Shown here: positions 1 to 9,973 of the stretch, piece after piece | Numbering within the stretch: the first letter of the stretch is position 1 | Layout of the letters: each line of letters opens with the position of its first letter | DNA from: Candidatus Hydrogenedens sp. | GTDB lineage: Bacteria > Hydrogenedentota > Hydrogenedentia > Hydrogenedentales > Hydrogenedentaceae | NCBI GenBank assembly: GCA_035361075.1 | Contig: DAOSBX010000005.1 | Span: 27,127-91,126 of the forward strand | Direction of reading: 5' to 3' | Length of the DNA stretch: 64,000 nucleotides | Position numbers and translations under genes: made by a program | Notes under the pieces: generated by a model | The model's database searches: none | Seen by the model: only the letters and a program-made list of their open reading frames with translations | Told to the model about the DNA's origin: nothing

Positions 1-610
1 GGTTTTAGAGAAGCAAGGAGCATCTGTGGTAGAAATATCACTTCCGCATACGGAGTTTGCAGTTTCAACGTATTATATTATTTGTACGGCGGAAGCAAGT
101 GCGAATTTGGCGAGATTTGATGGGGTTCGTTATGGTTTTCGACATCCGGAGACGAGTGATATTATAGAAATGTACAAACGTACGCGTAGTGAAGGTTTTG
201 GACCTGAGGTGCAGAGGCGTATTTTGTTAGGGACGTATGTCTTGTCCAGTGGGTACTATGATGCATATTATTTAAAGGCACAAAAAGTTCGCAAATTAAT
301 CACTCAAGATTTTCAGAAGGCATTTCAGGATTGTGATGTTATTGTAGGACCGACTTCACCCACCCCTGCGTTCCGATTTGGAGAAAAAATTCAGAATCCT
401 TTGGAAATGTATTTGAGTGATATATATACCATATCTGTTAACTTGTCAGCGTTACCGGCAATTTCTGTTCCATGTGGATTATCTAAAGAAGGTTTGCCGG
501 TAGGGATGCAGTTTATTGGTAAACATTTTGATGAAGAAAATCTATTATCGGTGGCGTATCTATACGAAGTCAATTGTGAACAGAATCTTGGTTCGCCACC
601 TATAAATTAG
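1..610 (+). CDS. gatA: Glu-tRNA(Gln) amidotransferase subunit A, C-terminal part (5' end outside window)
   Basis: Reading frame is open to the window start. The C-terminal amidase-signature region ([26 protein letters not shown]) is typical of GatA. The gene is immediately followed by gatB. Confidence 0.8.
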   Translation, partial: VLEKQGASVVEISLPHTEFAVSTYYIICTAEASANLARFDGVRYGFRHPETSDIIEMYKRTRSEGFGPEVQRRILLGTYVLSSGYYDAYYLKAQKVRKLITQDFQKAFQDCDVIVGPTSPTPAFRFGEKIQNPLEMYLSDIYTISVNLSALPAISVPCGLSKEGLPVGMQFIGKHFDEENLLSVAYLYEVNCEQNLGSPPIN

Positions 611-626
611 AGGGAATAACAAGCGT

Positions 627-2057
627 ATGGAATATGAGCCAGTTATAGGAATGGAAGTTCATGTAGAAATTGATACAAAGTCAAAAGCGTTTTGTTCTTG
701 TAGCACAAATTTTCATGCTCCACCTAATACACAAGTATGCCCCATTTGTTTGGGTATGCCTGGTGTTTTACCTGTTTTAAATAAGGCGTTTGTAGATAAA
801 GCGATTGCAGTAGGTTTAGCATTAAATTGTTCTATTGCTTCATGGTCGAAAATGGATAGGAAAAATTATTTTTATCCTGATTTGCCGAAAAACTATCAAA
901 TTAGTCAATATGATTTGCCTCTATGTCGGGATGGCTATTTAGATATAGATGTGAATGGTGTCTCAAAGCGGGTCAGAATTTTACGTGCCCATCTTGAAGA
1001 AGACACAGCACGAAATACGCATGATTTAGGCGGTGGATATAGTGGAATTGATTTTAACCGTAGTGGAGTTCCGTTGTTAGAAATAGTGACTTATCCTGAT
1101 TTAAGGTCTTCCGAGGAGGTTTTTGTTTTTTTGAATGAGCTCAAACTTTTGTTAGAGTATTTAGGAGTTAGTGATTGTAATATGGAAGAAGGTTCATTGC
1201 GTGCAGAGGCAAATGTTAGTGTTCGTGAAAAAGGGGTTGAGACATTGGGTGTGAAGACAGAGATAAAGAATGTGGCTTCTTTTAGTGGTGTAGTTAAAGC
1301 GATAGATTATGAAATAGAACGGCAAATTAATCTTATCCGTGCAGGAGAGAAGATAATTCAGGAGACAAGGGGTTGGGATCCTGACCGTGGAGTAACTTTT
1401 TCACAACGGCATAAAGAGTCTGCTCATGACTACCGTTATTTTCCGGAGCCGGACCTTGTTCCTTTGGCTGTTTCTAAAGAATGGGTAGACAAAATCCAAA
1501 ATGAGATGCCTGAACTGCCTCAAGCAAGGAGAAGACGTTTTCAGGAACAGTATGGTTTGTCTCAATATGATGCTACTGTTTTAACAGCAACGAAGGAAAT
1601 GGCAGATTATTACGAGAAAACAGTGAAATGTGGAGCTGACCCGAAGCAATCAGCAAACTGGATACAGGTTGAGTTGCAAGCAGTACTTACTTATGAAAAT
1701 TCTACCATTGAACAATCTCCTGTTAAACCTGAGCATATAGCCGAACTTATTTCATTAGTAAAAGATGAGGTTATTAGCGGTAAGATTGCGAAAGAAGTGC
1801 TACGGAAAGTTTTTAAAACGGGAAGGAATCCACAAGAGATTATAAAAGAAGAAGGTTTAGTTCAAATAACAGATGAAGGTGCAATACGTAAGGTAATAAG
1901 AGAAGTCATAAATGCAAACGTTTCTCAGGTAGAACAATATAGGAGTGGGAAGACGAAGTTATTTGGTTTCTTTGTGGGTCAGGTTATGCAGAAAACAGGT
2001 GGTAAAGCCAATCCGAAAATGGTAAATGATATACTAAAAGAAGAACTTGAAAGGTAG
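627..2057 (+). CDS. gatB: Asp/Glu-tRNA amidotransferase subunit B
   Basis: 476 aa. N-terminus MEYEPVIGMEVHVEID...CSCST...CPICLGMPGVLPVLN is the canonical GatB start, and a C-terminal GatB/YqeY domain is present. Confidence 0.9.
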   Translation: MEYEPVIGMEVHVEIDTKSKAFCSCSTNFHAPPNTQVCPICLGMPGVLPVLNKAFVDKAIAVGLALNCSIASWSKMDRKNYFYPDLPKNYQISQYDLPLCRDGYLDIDVNGVSKRVRILRAHLEEDTARNTHDLGGGYSGIDFNRSGVPLLEIVTYPDLRSSEEVFVFLNELKLLLEYLGVSDCNMEEGSLRAEANVSVREKGVETLGVKTEIKNVASFSGVVKAIDYEIERQINLIRAGEKIIQETRGWDPDRGVTFSQRHKESAHDYRYFPEPDLVPLAVSKEWVDKIQNEMPELPQARRRRFQEQYGLSQYDATVLTATKEMADYYEKTVKCGADPKQSANWIQVELQAVLTYENSTIEQSPVKPEHIAELISLVKDEVISGKIAKEVLRKVFKTGRNPQEIIKEEGLVQITDEGAIRKVIREVINANVSQVEQYRSGKTKLFGFFVGQVMQKTGGKANPKMVNDILKEELER

Positions 2058-2069
2058 AGGATTTTAAGA

Positions 2070-2489
2070 GTGCAAAAGAAAAGTTCGACAATAACTAATG
2101 TGTCCAAACGACGGCGTAAGCCATCATCTCTTACTGTGGCAAGAGCCATTGCTCGTGTTGCTGCAGAGAAAAAAGCAAAAGACATAAAGGCATATGACGT
2201 AGAAGGGTTGACCTTGATTGCTGATAGTTTTGTTCTTTGTACAGTTATGAGTGAGCCTCAACAAAAAGCGGTATTTAATTCGGTTTATGAAGAATTAAAG
2301 GAGAAAGGAATTACCCCTTTATCGACTGAAGGGGGCTTCCAGGATAATTGGATGGTTATGGATTATGGCTCGGTTGTTTTTCATATTTTCCGTCAGAAAG
2401 CAAGAGATTATTATGACTTAGATGGGATGTGGGGTGATGCACCCACGTTAGACTTAAAATTTAAAAAGGGTAAACACGAGGAAGAATAA
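2070..2489 (+). CDS. rsfS: Ribosome silencing factor RsfS (Iojap family)
   Basis: Motifs DIKAYDVEGLTLIADSFVLCTVMSEPQQKAVFNSVYEELKEKG...VMDYGSVVFHIF match RsfS/Iojap. The annotated N-terminus may be over-extended. Confidence 0.7.
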   Translation: MQKKSSTITNVSKRRRKPSSLTVARAIARVAAEKKAKDIKAYDVEGLTLIADSFVLCTVMSEPQQKAVFNSVYEELKEKGITPLSTEGGFQDNWMVMDYGSVVFHIFRQKARDYYDLDGMWGDAPTLDLKFKKGKHEEE

Positions 2490-2505
2490 AAGGAGTAATT
2501 ATTGT

Positions 2506-3348
2506 ATGTCGGATTCTTCCTATGCTCCAGACCGTTCACAATTATATCATGTTCGGTTAGTACGAATATTAGGACAGGGGGGAACGGGTATCGTATATCA
2601 GGGAGTTGATACTAAGAAAGGGGAACCAGTTGCAGTCAAATTATTCCGTGAGAATTTTTTTAGGAATCGATTACATTTATTGGATTTAGTTCAAAATGTG
2701 AAGAAATTTAAGAAGTTAAGGCATCACAATTTGGTGCAAATCTATGATTTTATTGATGGGGACGAAGGGCGATGTATGCTTATGGAGTTTGTGGATGGAC
2801 CTAATTTGAGATGGTATCTTAATAATAGACCTTGGAATTTACAGGAGAGGGTTAATATTGTTGTTCAAGTATGTATAGGTTTACAGTTTCTTCATGATAA
2901 TGGTTTTGTGCATCATGATTTTAAGCCAGCGAATGTTCTTTTCACAAGAAGAGGTCTGGTGAAGATAGCAGACTATTCGTTGTTCGGTAATAACTTCATA
3001 TTAGAACTTTTGGATAGAAATATCAGCCAGCAGATAACCCCAATGTTTGTAGCACCTGAAGTTATTAGGGGTGAACGTGTAACTCCAAAGTCAGATTTAT
3101 ATTCCTTAGGTATTACGATGTATATGATGTTTACAGAAAAGCTACCTTTCCCAGTGGATAACCTACAGCAGTTGTATTATTGTCATGTGAATGTGATGCC
3201 TGAACATCCTTCTACCGTTAATCCTCGTTGTCCGATTGCTCTTGGCGATTTGATTATGAAGTTGCTATCTAAAAAACCAGAGAACCGTTTTCGCGATTGT
3301 GATGAATTGAGAATCGCCCTTACCAATGTAACACAAAGTAGAATTTAG
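2506..3348 (+). CDS. Ser/Thr protein kinase-like protein, bare kinase domain with non-canonical catalytic motifs
   Basis: Gly-rich loop LGQGGTGIVYQG, VAVK lysine, catalytic loop HHDFKPANV (HRD changed to HHD), DFG replaced by DYS (KIADYSLFG). APE motif (FVAPEV) and the DLYSLG subdomain IX are present. No other domain in the 280 aa. Confidence 0.6.
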   Translation: MSDSSYAPDRSQLYHVRLVRILGQGGTGIVYQGVDTKKGEPVAVKLFRENFFRNRLHLLDLVQNVKKFKKLRHHNLVQIYDFIDGDEGRCMLMEFVDGPNLRWYLNNRPWNLQERVNIVVQVCIGLQFLHDNGFVHHDFKPANVLFTRRGLVKIADYSLFGNNFILELLDRNISQQITPMFVAPEVIRGERVTPKSDLYSLGITMYMMFTEKLPFPVDNLQQLYYCHVNVMPEHPSTVNPRCPIALGDLIMKLLSKKPENRFRDCDELRIALTNVTQSRI

Positions 3349-3357
3349 GTTAGGGTG

Positions 3358-3582
3358 TTATACTCCAGTTGTTGTTTCACCTGTTATTGTTCCAGTATCT
3401 ACGTTCGTGTCTGTATCTGTAGTTTCACCTGTAGGACCTGTGGCTTTCCATGGTGATTGGCGTGGAACCAATAACAGTCTGTCTATTATATCTGTTGTGG
3501 CTTGGAGCTTTATCTGAAAATTGCTGACCTGAGCCACGGCGGGAATAGTTGTAATTGTGAATATATGTTTGTTCTTTTTCAT
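3358..3582 (-). CDS. Small hypothetical secreted protein (signal-peptide-like N-terminus, Thr/Gly-rich tail)
   Basis: 74 aa ORF. N-terminus MKKNKHIFTITTIPAVAQV resembles a signal peptide. C-terminus carries TGxT repeats. No recognisable domain. Confidence 0.25.
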   Translation of the reverse strand: MKKNKHIFTITTIPAVAQVSNFQIKLQATTDIIDRLLLVPRQSPWKATGPTGETTDTDTNVDTGTITGETTTGV

Positions 3583-3827
3583 CTATAGAACCCTTTTTAA
3601 TCAAGATGTTTTAATAAAAATAAATTCAATAATTTGGTCAGTAAGTTTTACTAAGAAATCTTTCCATGCTTGAAAATTGCTTACCACCTGCATTTTTGCG
3701 GGTTTCCGTGTCAAAACTCGGAGATGTTTCATTTTTTAATGCTCCTTTTATTTCAATAATAATACTACTATTTTTATCAAAATAGTATCAAAATGTCAAG
3801 TTTTTATTTAATAATATAATATATACT

Positions 3828-5711
3828 TTATTCTATCAATGTTTCCCATTCGTTGTAAAGTGAGTTAAGCAGTTCTTTTTTTATTTTTAAGTCTTGGTTG
3901 AGTTCCTTAATTCTTTGGAAATTTTTTGGATCTACGTTTGAGAAAGACATTTCTAACTCTTCAATTTCATTTTCTAATATTTCAATTTGTTTTTCGAGTT
4001 CTGCTCTTCGTCTTTCTTTTTTTCGTTGTTCGCGTTTTTCCTTTTTAGCTTCTTCAATGAGTTCTATTTTATCTGTTCGTGATTTTCTATTATGTGTAGG
4101 GGTTGATTCTGTCACTGTAACGTTTTTTTCTCTCCACAAATAGTGAGAGTAGTTGCCCCAGACCACTTCTGTTTTGTTTTCTTTGAGGACAATAAGCCTG
4201 TTGACGATTTGATCTAACAATTCACGGTCATGGGTTACGAGAATAATAGAGCCGTCAAAGACTTGTAGTGCGTTTTCCAGTGCTTCTCGTGAGGCGAGGT
4301 CCATGTGGTTTGTCGGTTCATCTAATAGAAGTACATTAGGTTTTTGTAGAATAAGTTTTGCTAAAGCAAGACGACTTTGTTCGCCTCCACTTAATGTCTT
4401 TACTTTTTTAAATACATCATCTCCATGAAACAGGAAAGCACCTAAAAATGTCCGAAGTGATGATGCTAATATTTCAGGGGCTATATGTTGAACTTCCTGA
4501 ATGACTTCGTTTTCCGGATTTAAATTATGATGGTGTTGGTCATAGTATCCAATTTTTACATTATGTCCAAAACGAATAGTGCCCCCAGTTCCCTTGTGTT
4601 TACCGAGAATATGTTTTATTAAGGTTGTTTTTCCTGAACCATTGGGACCGATAATGCCCATTCGCTCATTTCGGTATAACTGGAATGTTACGTTGTTGTA
4701 AAGGACTTTGTCGCCGTATTGCATACTTAAATTTTCTGCATGAATAATGAGATGTCCGCTTTGTTTATTAGATTGAATTTGAAAATTTATTTTAGGGTCT
4801 ACTTTTTTTGGCTCATTAACCAACGTGGTTTTACTGAGTTGTTTAATACGACTCTGGACTTGCCGTGCCCGTGTTTTTTTATATCGGAAACGTTCAATCC
4901 ACTCTTCTTGTTTTCTTAATTCTTTTTCTTGTCGTTCATATAATTCTTGTTGTTTTAGGTATACTTCTTCTTTTGCATTACGATACTCTTCATAGGAACC
5001 AGGGTAAGATGTAATTTTTCCATTTTCGAGTTCTAAAATTCGTGTGGGGAATTTTGAAAGTAAACGTTGGTCGTGTGAGATTAGGATGATGGTTTTATTT
5101 GAAGAGATGAGGAAATCTTCAAGCCATTCTTTCCCTTCAATGTCTAAATAATTATCTGGCTCATCTAAAAGTAGTACATCAGCATCTTGAAGTAGAGATA
5201 GGGCTAATAATAAGCGTGTCTGTTGTCCACCACTTAATTCATGAAATTTTTGTCCCCAATTTTCGTGAGTGAATCCTAATCCAGTTAGAATTTTTTTAAT
5301 AAGAGATGGATAATGATACCCACCATGTAAATGATAGAAGGATTGTAACTTTGCATATTCATTAAGTAATTCTGTTTGCCCTTGAGATATTTTAGTTTCC
5401 AGTATTTTTAACTGTTTTTCCACTTCCTTTAATTCATTAAAAGAGGTCTCTGCAATTTCGAGTAAAGTTAAGTTTGGTGGGAAAGATGGAATTTGTTCAA
5501 GATAAGAGATGCGTGTGTTTCTTTGACGTTCAATGATACCGCGGTCAGGTTCCAGTCGGTTTGCAATTAATTGAAACAAGGTTGTTTTTCCACATCCGTT
5601 TCGCCCTACAAGTGCAATATGTTCTCCTTGGTCTACCTGAAAATTTACATTATCCAATACAACTTTTCCTGGGAATGACTTGTAAATATTTTCAAATCGG
5701 ATTAAACTCAT
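3828..5711 (-). CDS. ABC-F family ATPase (two tandem ABC domains, C-terminal coiled coil; Uup/EttA-like)
   Basis: Two Walker A motifs (GRNGCGKTT and GPNGSGKTT), two LSGG signatures (LSGGQQTR, LSGGEQSR), two Walker B motifs (LLLDEP), and a charged coiled-coil C-terminus. No transmembrane domain. Confidence 0.8.
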   Translation of the reverse strand: MSLIRFENIYKSFPGKVVLDNVNFQVDQGEHIALVGRNGCGKTTLFQLIANRLEPDRGIIERQRNTRISYLEQIPSFPPNLTLLEIAETSFNELKEVEKQLKILETKISQGQTELLNEYAKLQSFYHLHGGYHYPSLIKKILTGLGFTHENWGQKFHELSGGQQTRLLLALSLLQDADVLLLDEPDNYLDIEGKEWLEDFLISSNKTIILISHDQRLLSKFPTRILELENGKITSYPGSYEEYRNAKEEVYLKQQELYERQEKELRKQEEWIERFRYKKTRARQVQSRIKQLSKTTLVNEPKKVDPKINFQIQSNKQSGHLIIHAENLSMQYGDKVLYNNVTFQLYRNERMGIIGPNGSGKTTLIKHILGKHKGTGGTIRFGHNVKIGYYDQHHHNLNPENEVIQEVQHIAPEILASSLRTFLGAFLFHGDDVFKKVKTLSGGEQSRLALAKLILQKPNVLLLDEPTNHMDLASREALENALQVFDGSIILVTHDRELLDQIVNRLIVLKENKTEVVWGNYSHYLWREKNVTVTESTPTHNRKSRTDKIELIEEAKKEKREQRKKERRRAELEKQIEILENEIEELEMSFSNVDPKNFQRIKELNQDLKIKKELLNSLYNEWETLIE

Positions 5712-6496
5712 ACGTTTTTGTTATGACTGTAGTGTTTTTCCCCGTGTTTCCGTTGGATATCCCATAGTTTTGCATATTTTAGATATACAGAGAAGGCAGA
5801 AAGTCCACATAGAACCAAGCCGTGATAACCATCAAGAAAACCACGGCGTATAAAATACATTTTAATAAATCTCGCGATAGGTCGAAGTGTGAGGTCTACC
5901 CATGAGGTTCGTTTTCCCCGTTCATAGGCATCTTCTGCACCCCATGTTGTAAAACGGTGAGCGGTTTTTAAGTATTCATCAAAATTTCGGTAGGTATCAT
6001 GGTACATTACTTCATGAATATATCCGCAGGAACCATCAACAATAACATGGCTGTGAACTCGTTGTTTTTTATATCTGCCTTTTGCTGTGCGAAACAAGCG
6101 AAGATTGTAATCTTTATGCCAGCCACAATGTTTTATAAGTTTGCCGAAGAAGTATGACATTCTACGAATATAATAACCATCGAGGCTGTTTGGGTCTTTT
6201 ATTATTTCTTGTATTTTTTTTGCGAGTTCTGGAGAAACCCACTCATCTGCGTCTAATACGAGTGTCCATTCTGTAGTGATTTGTGGAATTGCCCAATTTC
6301 TTTGGTCTGCAGCGTTAATATATTCGTGGACTACGACATGATTTGTGTATTTCTTTACTAACTCTTCTGACCCATCATTTGTGTTTGGGTCTACTACGCA
6401 AAAAATATCGTCAGCCCAGGCGACGCTCTCAAGACAACGAGGTAATCGGTCACCTGCATTTGGAATTAATGTTAATATGGTGATACCTGGTTTCAT
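5708..6496 (-). CDS. Family 2 glycosyltransferase (LPS-core WaaE/KdtX-like)
   Basis: N-terminus ITILTLIPNAGDRLPRCLESV...VVDPNTNDGSEE fits a GT2 DXD-type fold. About 260 aa, like core-LPS beta-glucosyltransferases. ATGA overlap with the ABC-F gene. Confidence 0.6.
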   Translation of the reverse strand: MKPGITILTLIPNAGDRLPRCLESVAWADDIFCVVDPNTNDGSEELVKKYTNHVVVHEYINAADQRNWAIPQITTEWTLVLDADEWVSPELAKKIQEIIKDPNSLDGYYIRRMSYFFGKLIKHCGWHKDYNLRLFRTAKGRYKKQRVHSHVIVDGSCGYIHEVMYHDTYRNFDEYLKTAHRFTTWGAEDAYERGKRTSWVDLTLRPIARFIKMYFIRRGFLDGYHGLVLCGLSAFSVYLKYAKLWDIQRKHGEKHYSHNKNV

Positions 6497-6536
6497 AGTA
6501 TTGTTCGTAGTTGGTTTTAAACCTATTTATAAATAG

Positions 6537-7616
6537 TTATTCTATCAATTTTTGATATACCGAAATTGTTTCCTCAACCATTCTTTGAACAGTAAAATAA
6601 TCTTCAATATGTTTTTTTCCTTGTTTTGCCATATCTAAAGCTTTTTGTGGATTTTTTAAGATGTAGGTTATTGCTTCGGCAAGTAATGTAGGATTTTGTG
6701 CTGGCACTAATAGACCTGTTTTATTGTTTATAACCATTTCAGGGACGCCACCTGCTTCTGTTGCTACGACAGGTTTCTCACAAGCTAATGCTTCGAGCAC
6801 GGAGGTACCTAATCCTTCTGACCAACTTGAAGAGACATAGACATCAGACATTTTTATAATCTGAGGGATATCTTTCCTATAGCCTAATAGTAAAACGTTT
6901 CCTTCTAAGTCATTCGCCGTTATTTCTTTTTGGAGAGTTTCTTTTAAGGGTCCATCCCCAGCAATTAAAAGCATACAGTTTGGAATTTGTTTTAGTACTT
7001 TCTTAAAAGCTTTTATCAGTGTAATTTGGTCTTTATGTGGAACGAGTGCTCCTGCATTGAAAAGAACATAGGTATTATTATCAATATTAAAGTTGCTTTT
7101 TGAATATGGTTGATTTTGAATATGAGATAAATCAATTGAACTTCTAACGACACAAATTTTTTGTTCAGGGATATTGTTTTCTTTTAGGATTTTTGCTACA
7201 TAAAAAGAAACGGGTAGAATTATATCTACATGGTTATATTTCCATTTTGACACGAAATTATTGTGTGGTGGGAAACTAACACGTCGAGACACAACAATTT
7301 TAGGTTTATTATAAAAAAGTTTTGATATTATGGCTATAGAATGGGCATGGCTTGTATGTGCATGAATGATGTCAATCTTTTCTTTTTTTGCTATTTGTGC
7401 TATTTTCCATGCAGAATATAAATCAAATTCAGAGGAAAGTGGAAGGGTAATTGTTATCACGCCTGAAATCGTATTTAACTTTTTTATAAATTCACTGTCT
7501 TTTTTACCGACGGCAAAAATTTTGAAACCTTTATTAATTAGACCTTGAATAAGCCAGCATGCTTGTTGTTCACCACCTCTCCATGTCATTTGTTCATCTA
7601 TGTGTAGTACGTGCAT
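6537..7616 (-). CDS. Family 1 (GT4) glycosyltransferase
   Basis: C-terminal EX7E-type motif EGLGTSVLEALACEKPVVATEAGGVPEMV. Probable true start is MHVLHIDEQMTWRGGEQQ, at 7616 rather than 7634. Confidence 0.7.
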   Translation of the reverse strand: MHVLHIDEQMTWRGGEQQACWLIQGLINKGFKIFAVGKKDSEFIKKLNTISGVITITLPLSSEFDLYSAWKIAQIAKKEKIDIIHAHTSHAHSIAIISKLFYNKPKIVVSRRVSFPPHNNFVSKWKYNHVDIILPVSFYVAKILKENNIPEQKICVVRSSIDLSHIQNQPYSKSNFNIDNNTYVLFNAGALVPHKDQITLIKAFKKVLKQIPNCMLLIAGDGPLKETLQKEITANDLEGNVLLLGYRKDIPQIIKMSDVYVSSSWSEGLGTSVLEALACEKPVVATEAGGVPEMVINNKTGLLVPAQNPTLLAEAITYILKNPQKALDMAKQGKKHIEDYFTVQRMVEETISVYQKLIE

Positions 7617-8760
7617 GAAAATACTCCAGAGCATGAAAATATGCTTCTATCGTTTTATTTATGAATTGTTCAAGGCTAAACATATTGATAGCACGTTTTT
7701 GTGCATTTATTCCCATGCTTTCACGTAATTCGGGATTCTTTACCAGTTCTTTAATTGCCTTTGCCAAAGGTTCTACGGTTCCTGCTGGGACAATTATTCC
7801 TTCAATGCCGTCTGATACTATTTCTGGTAAGCCACCGTAATTAGATGCAATAACAGGTTTTGCCTCTGCCATGGCTTCTTTAAGGCTGAATGAAGATGTG
7901 TCGCAGTCAATTGAGGGTAGTACTGCAATATCAAAAGCCTGGGTGCAGAACGCCATATCTTTCCGATAGCCTGCAAAAACAACCCTGTCTGTTATTTCTA
8001 AGTCTTTTACCTGTTTTTTTAGTTCCTGCTCGAGTGAGCCAGCCCCTAATATTAAAACCTTAACCTCAGGACATTCAGAGGCAATACTTTTTATTGCCTG
8101 CAATAAGAAGGTGTGTCCTTTTGCAGGAGTTAATCGTGCGGAGATTCCACAAACAACATCGGTTTCTTTAAATCCAAATTCGAGTCGTGCTTTTTTTCGC
8201 ATAACCTCATCAGGCTTAAATTCGGAGATATTAACACCGTTATGGATAGAACAAATCCGATTTTCTGGAAAGTTGTTTTGTTTAATTAGGTTTTGCCGAA
8301 CCATTTCGCAAACAGCGATGTGGTAATCAGTACATTTAAAGTTTAACCATCGATTAAAATAATGATTTTTTAATGGGTATGTGTTATGACGTGTTCGAAC
8401 AAGACAAAAACGATGTGATAAAAGTTCATTTGCGATGGCAGAAGTCCAGTGGTCTTGAGAACCATTTGCATGAATTATGTCTGGTTTTAAGTTGAGAAGG
8501 AGATTTTTGAATGTGCGAATGTCTTTTAACCATGACTGGGGTCTTAAACCACCTTTGAAGTTGAAAATGTTTAAAGGAATGTATTGAAATGTTTTTGAGA
8601 ATTCAACGAAAATGCTTTCTTTTATACATCCAACGTAAACTTCGTGCCCTTGCTGTGTTAAACCATTGGCAAGTCTACAAATATATGTAATTTGCCCTCC
8701 ACCTTTAATATGTGGGTCGGTGAGTAAGATTTTTAAAGGTTTTTTATCTTTTGTCATCAT
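7594..8760 (-). CDS. Family 1 (GT4) glycosyltransferase
   Basis: Motifs KILLTDPHIKGGGQ...KEAMAEAKPVIASNYGGLPEIV are typical of GT4 retaining glycosyltransferases. Confidence 0.7.
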   Translation of the reverse strand: MMTKDKKPLKILLTDPHIKGGGQITYICRLANGLTQQGHEVYVGCIKESIFVEFSKTFQYIPLNIFNFKGGLRPQSWLKDIRTFKNLLLNLKPDIIHANGSQDHWTSAIANELLSHRFCLVRTRHNTYPLKNHYFNRWLNFKCTDYHIAVCEMVRQNLIKQNNFPENRICSIHNGVNISEFKPDEVMRKKARLEFGFKETDVVCGISARLTPAKGHTFLLQAIKSIASECPEVKVLILGAGSLEQELKKQVKDLEITDRVVFAGYRKDMAFCTQAFDIAVLPSIDCDTSSFSLKEAMAEAKPVIASNYGGLPEIVSDGIEGIIVPAGTVEPLAKAIKELVKNPELRESMGINAQKRAINMFSLEQFINKTIEAYFHALEYFHARTTHR

Positions 8761-8886
8761 TTTGATTTATATTTTAAACGAATAAATTTAATAATCATAA
8801 CTTAAGGGGGAAAAAATCATTTTATTATACTCAAAAGTGAAGCAGGAATGGTGTTATTTAGGTTTATTATTTTATTGAAGAGGAAG

Positions 8887-9132
8887 TTAATTATTTTCAG
8901 GGGTGGTATTTGTTTGTTCCGTTTGTTGAGGCTCTAATGTGATGTCATTCTGATTATTTAAGGGAATTTCTTCTATTTTTTGGGATTCCTTAAGGATTTC
9001 AGAAACTTTTTGATTTACATCATCGAGATATTGAATGGCACTGTTAAGCTCTTGTTCAATAGTTTCTAATGTCTCATCTTTGTTCATTTTAATTATTTTT
9101 TTCTTTTTCATAGAAAATCCTTTTTCATACAT
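8887..9132 (-). CDS. Small hypothetical coiled-coil protein
   Basis: 81 aa ORF whose start overlaps the stop of the upstream UspA gene, suggesting translational coupling. No recognisable domain. Confidence 0.25.
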   Translation of the reverse strand: MYEKGFSMKKKKIIKMNKDETLETIEQELNSAIQYLDDVNQKVSEILKESQKIEEIPLNNQNDITLEPQQTEQTNTTPENN

Positions 9133-9971
9133 TATTTAAGTCTTGTTAGTAGTACTGGACATTCAGCTGTATGAATAATGGAACTGGTATTACTACCTAA
9201 TAACCATTCATGAACGCGGTTTTTTCCAAAGGCACCCATAGTTACAATTACAGGGGAAACTTCTTTGATTATATTTAATATTCCATTTACTGGTGAGTTA
9301 TCACGGATAAGATGAGAAGTTAGATTCACTTTATTTGCTTCGAGATAACTGATAGCTTCATTTATAACTTCTTCTTCTGGTGGGTTTGATACATGGACAA
9401 CATGGCAATTGGTATTCCAGAGTTTTGTTAGTTCAGCGGATATACGTAATGCTTCTCGAGCGGAAGAAGAACCATCGTAAGCAAGAAGGATAGGTCCTGG
9501 ATGAAATTCAGACTGATTTGTGATAATCACAGGTCTTTTGGAACGGCGTATTACCGCATGTGTTGTCCCTCCCATGAATCCATCTAACCAACGGGTGTGT
9601 TCCCCAGATTTAACCAAAATTAAAATATCACATAGTTCGCTATGTTGTAATATACTGCTGGAAACAATGCCAGTTGTAAGAATTTTTTCACAAGGAACAT
9701 TGTTCTTAATGCATTCCTCTTCACAAACATTAAGATATTGCATTCCACGTTCTTCTAATAGTGTTCGTATCTGATTTTGGTAGTTTGTCCATGGAGTCAT
9801 GCCTAATACAGTTCCGACATCGCGAAATAAAGGACCCTCTAACAATTTAATATCAACTACATGTATAAGAATAATCGTTCCGTTTTGTTTTTTTGCCCAA
9901 TTTAATGCATATTTAAACCCTTTCTGGGCTTGTTCACTACCATCTATGGGCACTAATATTCGCTGGAACAT
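9132..9971 (-). CDS. Universal stress protein, tandem UspA domains
   Basis: N-terminus MFQRILVPIDGSEQAQKGFKYALNWAKK...TIILIHVVD is typical of UspA. The ORF is twice the single-domain length with a second UspA-like half. Confidence 0.7.
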   Translation of the reverse strand: MFQRILVPIDGSEQAQKGFKYALNWAKKQNGTIILIHVVDIKLLEGPLFRDVGTVLGMTPWTNYQNQIRTLLEERGMQYLNVCEEECIKNNVPCEKILTTGIVSSSILQHSELCDILILVKSGEHTRWLDGFMGGTTHAVIRRSKRPVIITNQSEFHPGPILLAYDGSSSAREALRISAELTKLWNTNCHVVHVSNPPEEEVINEAISYLEANKVNLTSHLIRDNSPVNGILNIIKEVSPVIVTMGAFGKNRVHEWLLGSNTSSIIHTAECPVLLTRLK

Positions 9972-9973
9972 TG

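Noticed and set aside
391-573. 60-aa minus-strand ORF within gatA
   Set aside because: It is embedded antisense in a highly conserved housekeeping gene, with no start context. Spurious.
3828-5711. ABC-F protein considered as an antibiotic-resistance (ARE) ABC-F
   Set aside because: Sequence inspection alone cannot separate housekeeping Uup/EttA-like from ARE-type ABC-F. The genomic context (glycosyltransferase cluster, no resistance genes or mobile elements) gives no support for a resistance role.
7594-7634. 41-bp overlap between the two GT4 genes suggested by the ORF track
   Set aside because: It is more likely a start-site over-extension. The downstream GT4 has a typical N-terminus beginning MHVLHIDEQM, giving a start at 7616 and a modest 23-bp overlap. 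This is not evidence of a frameshift or pseudogene.
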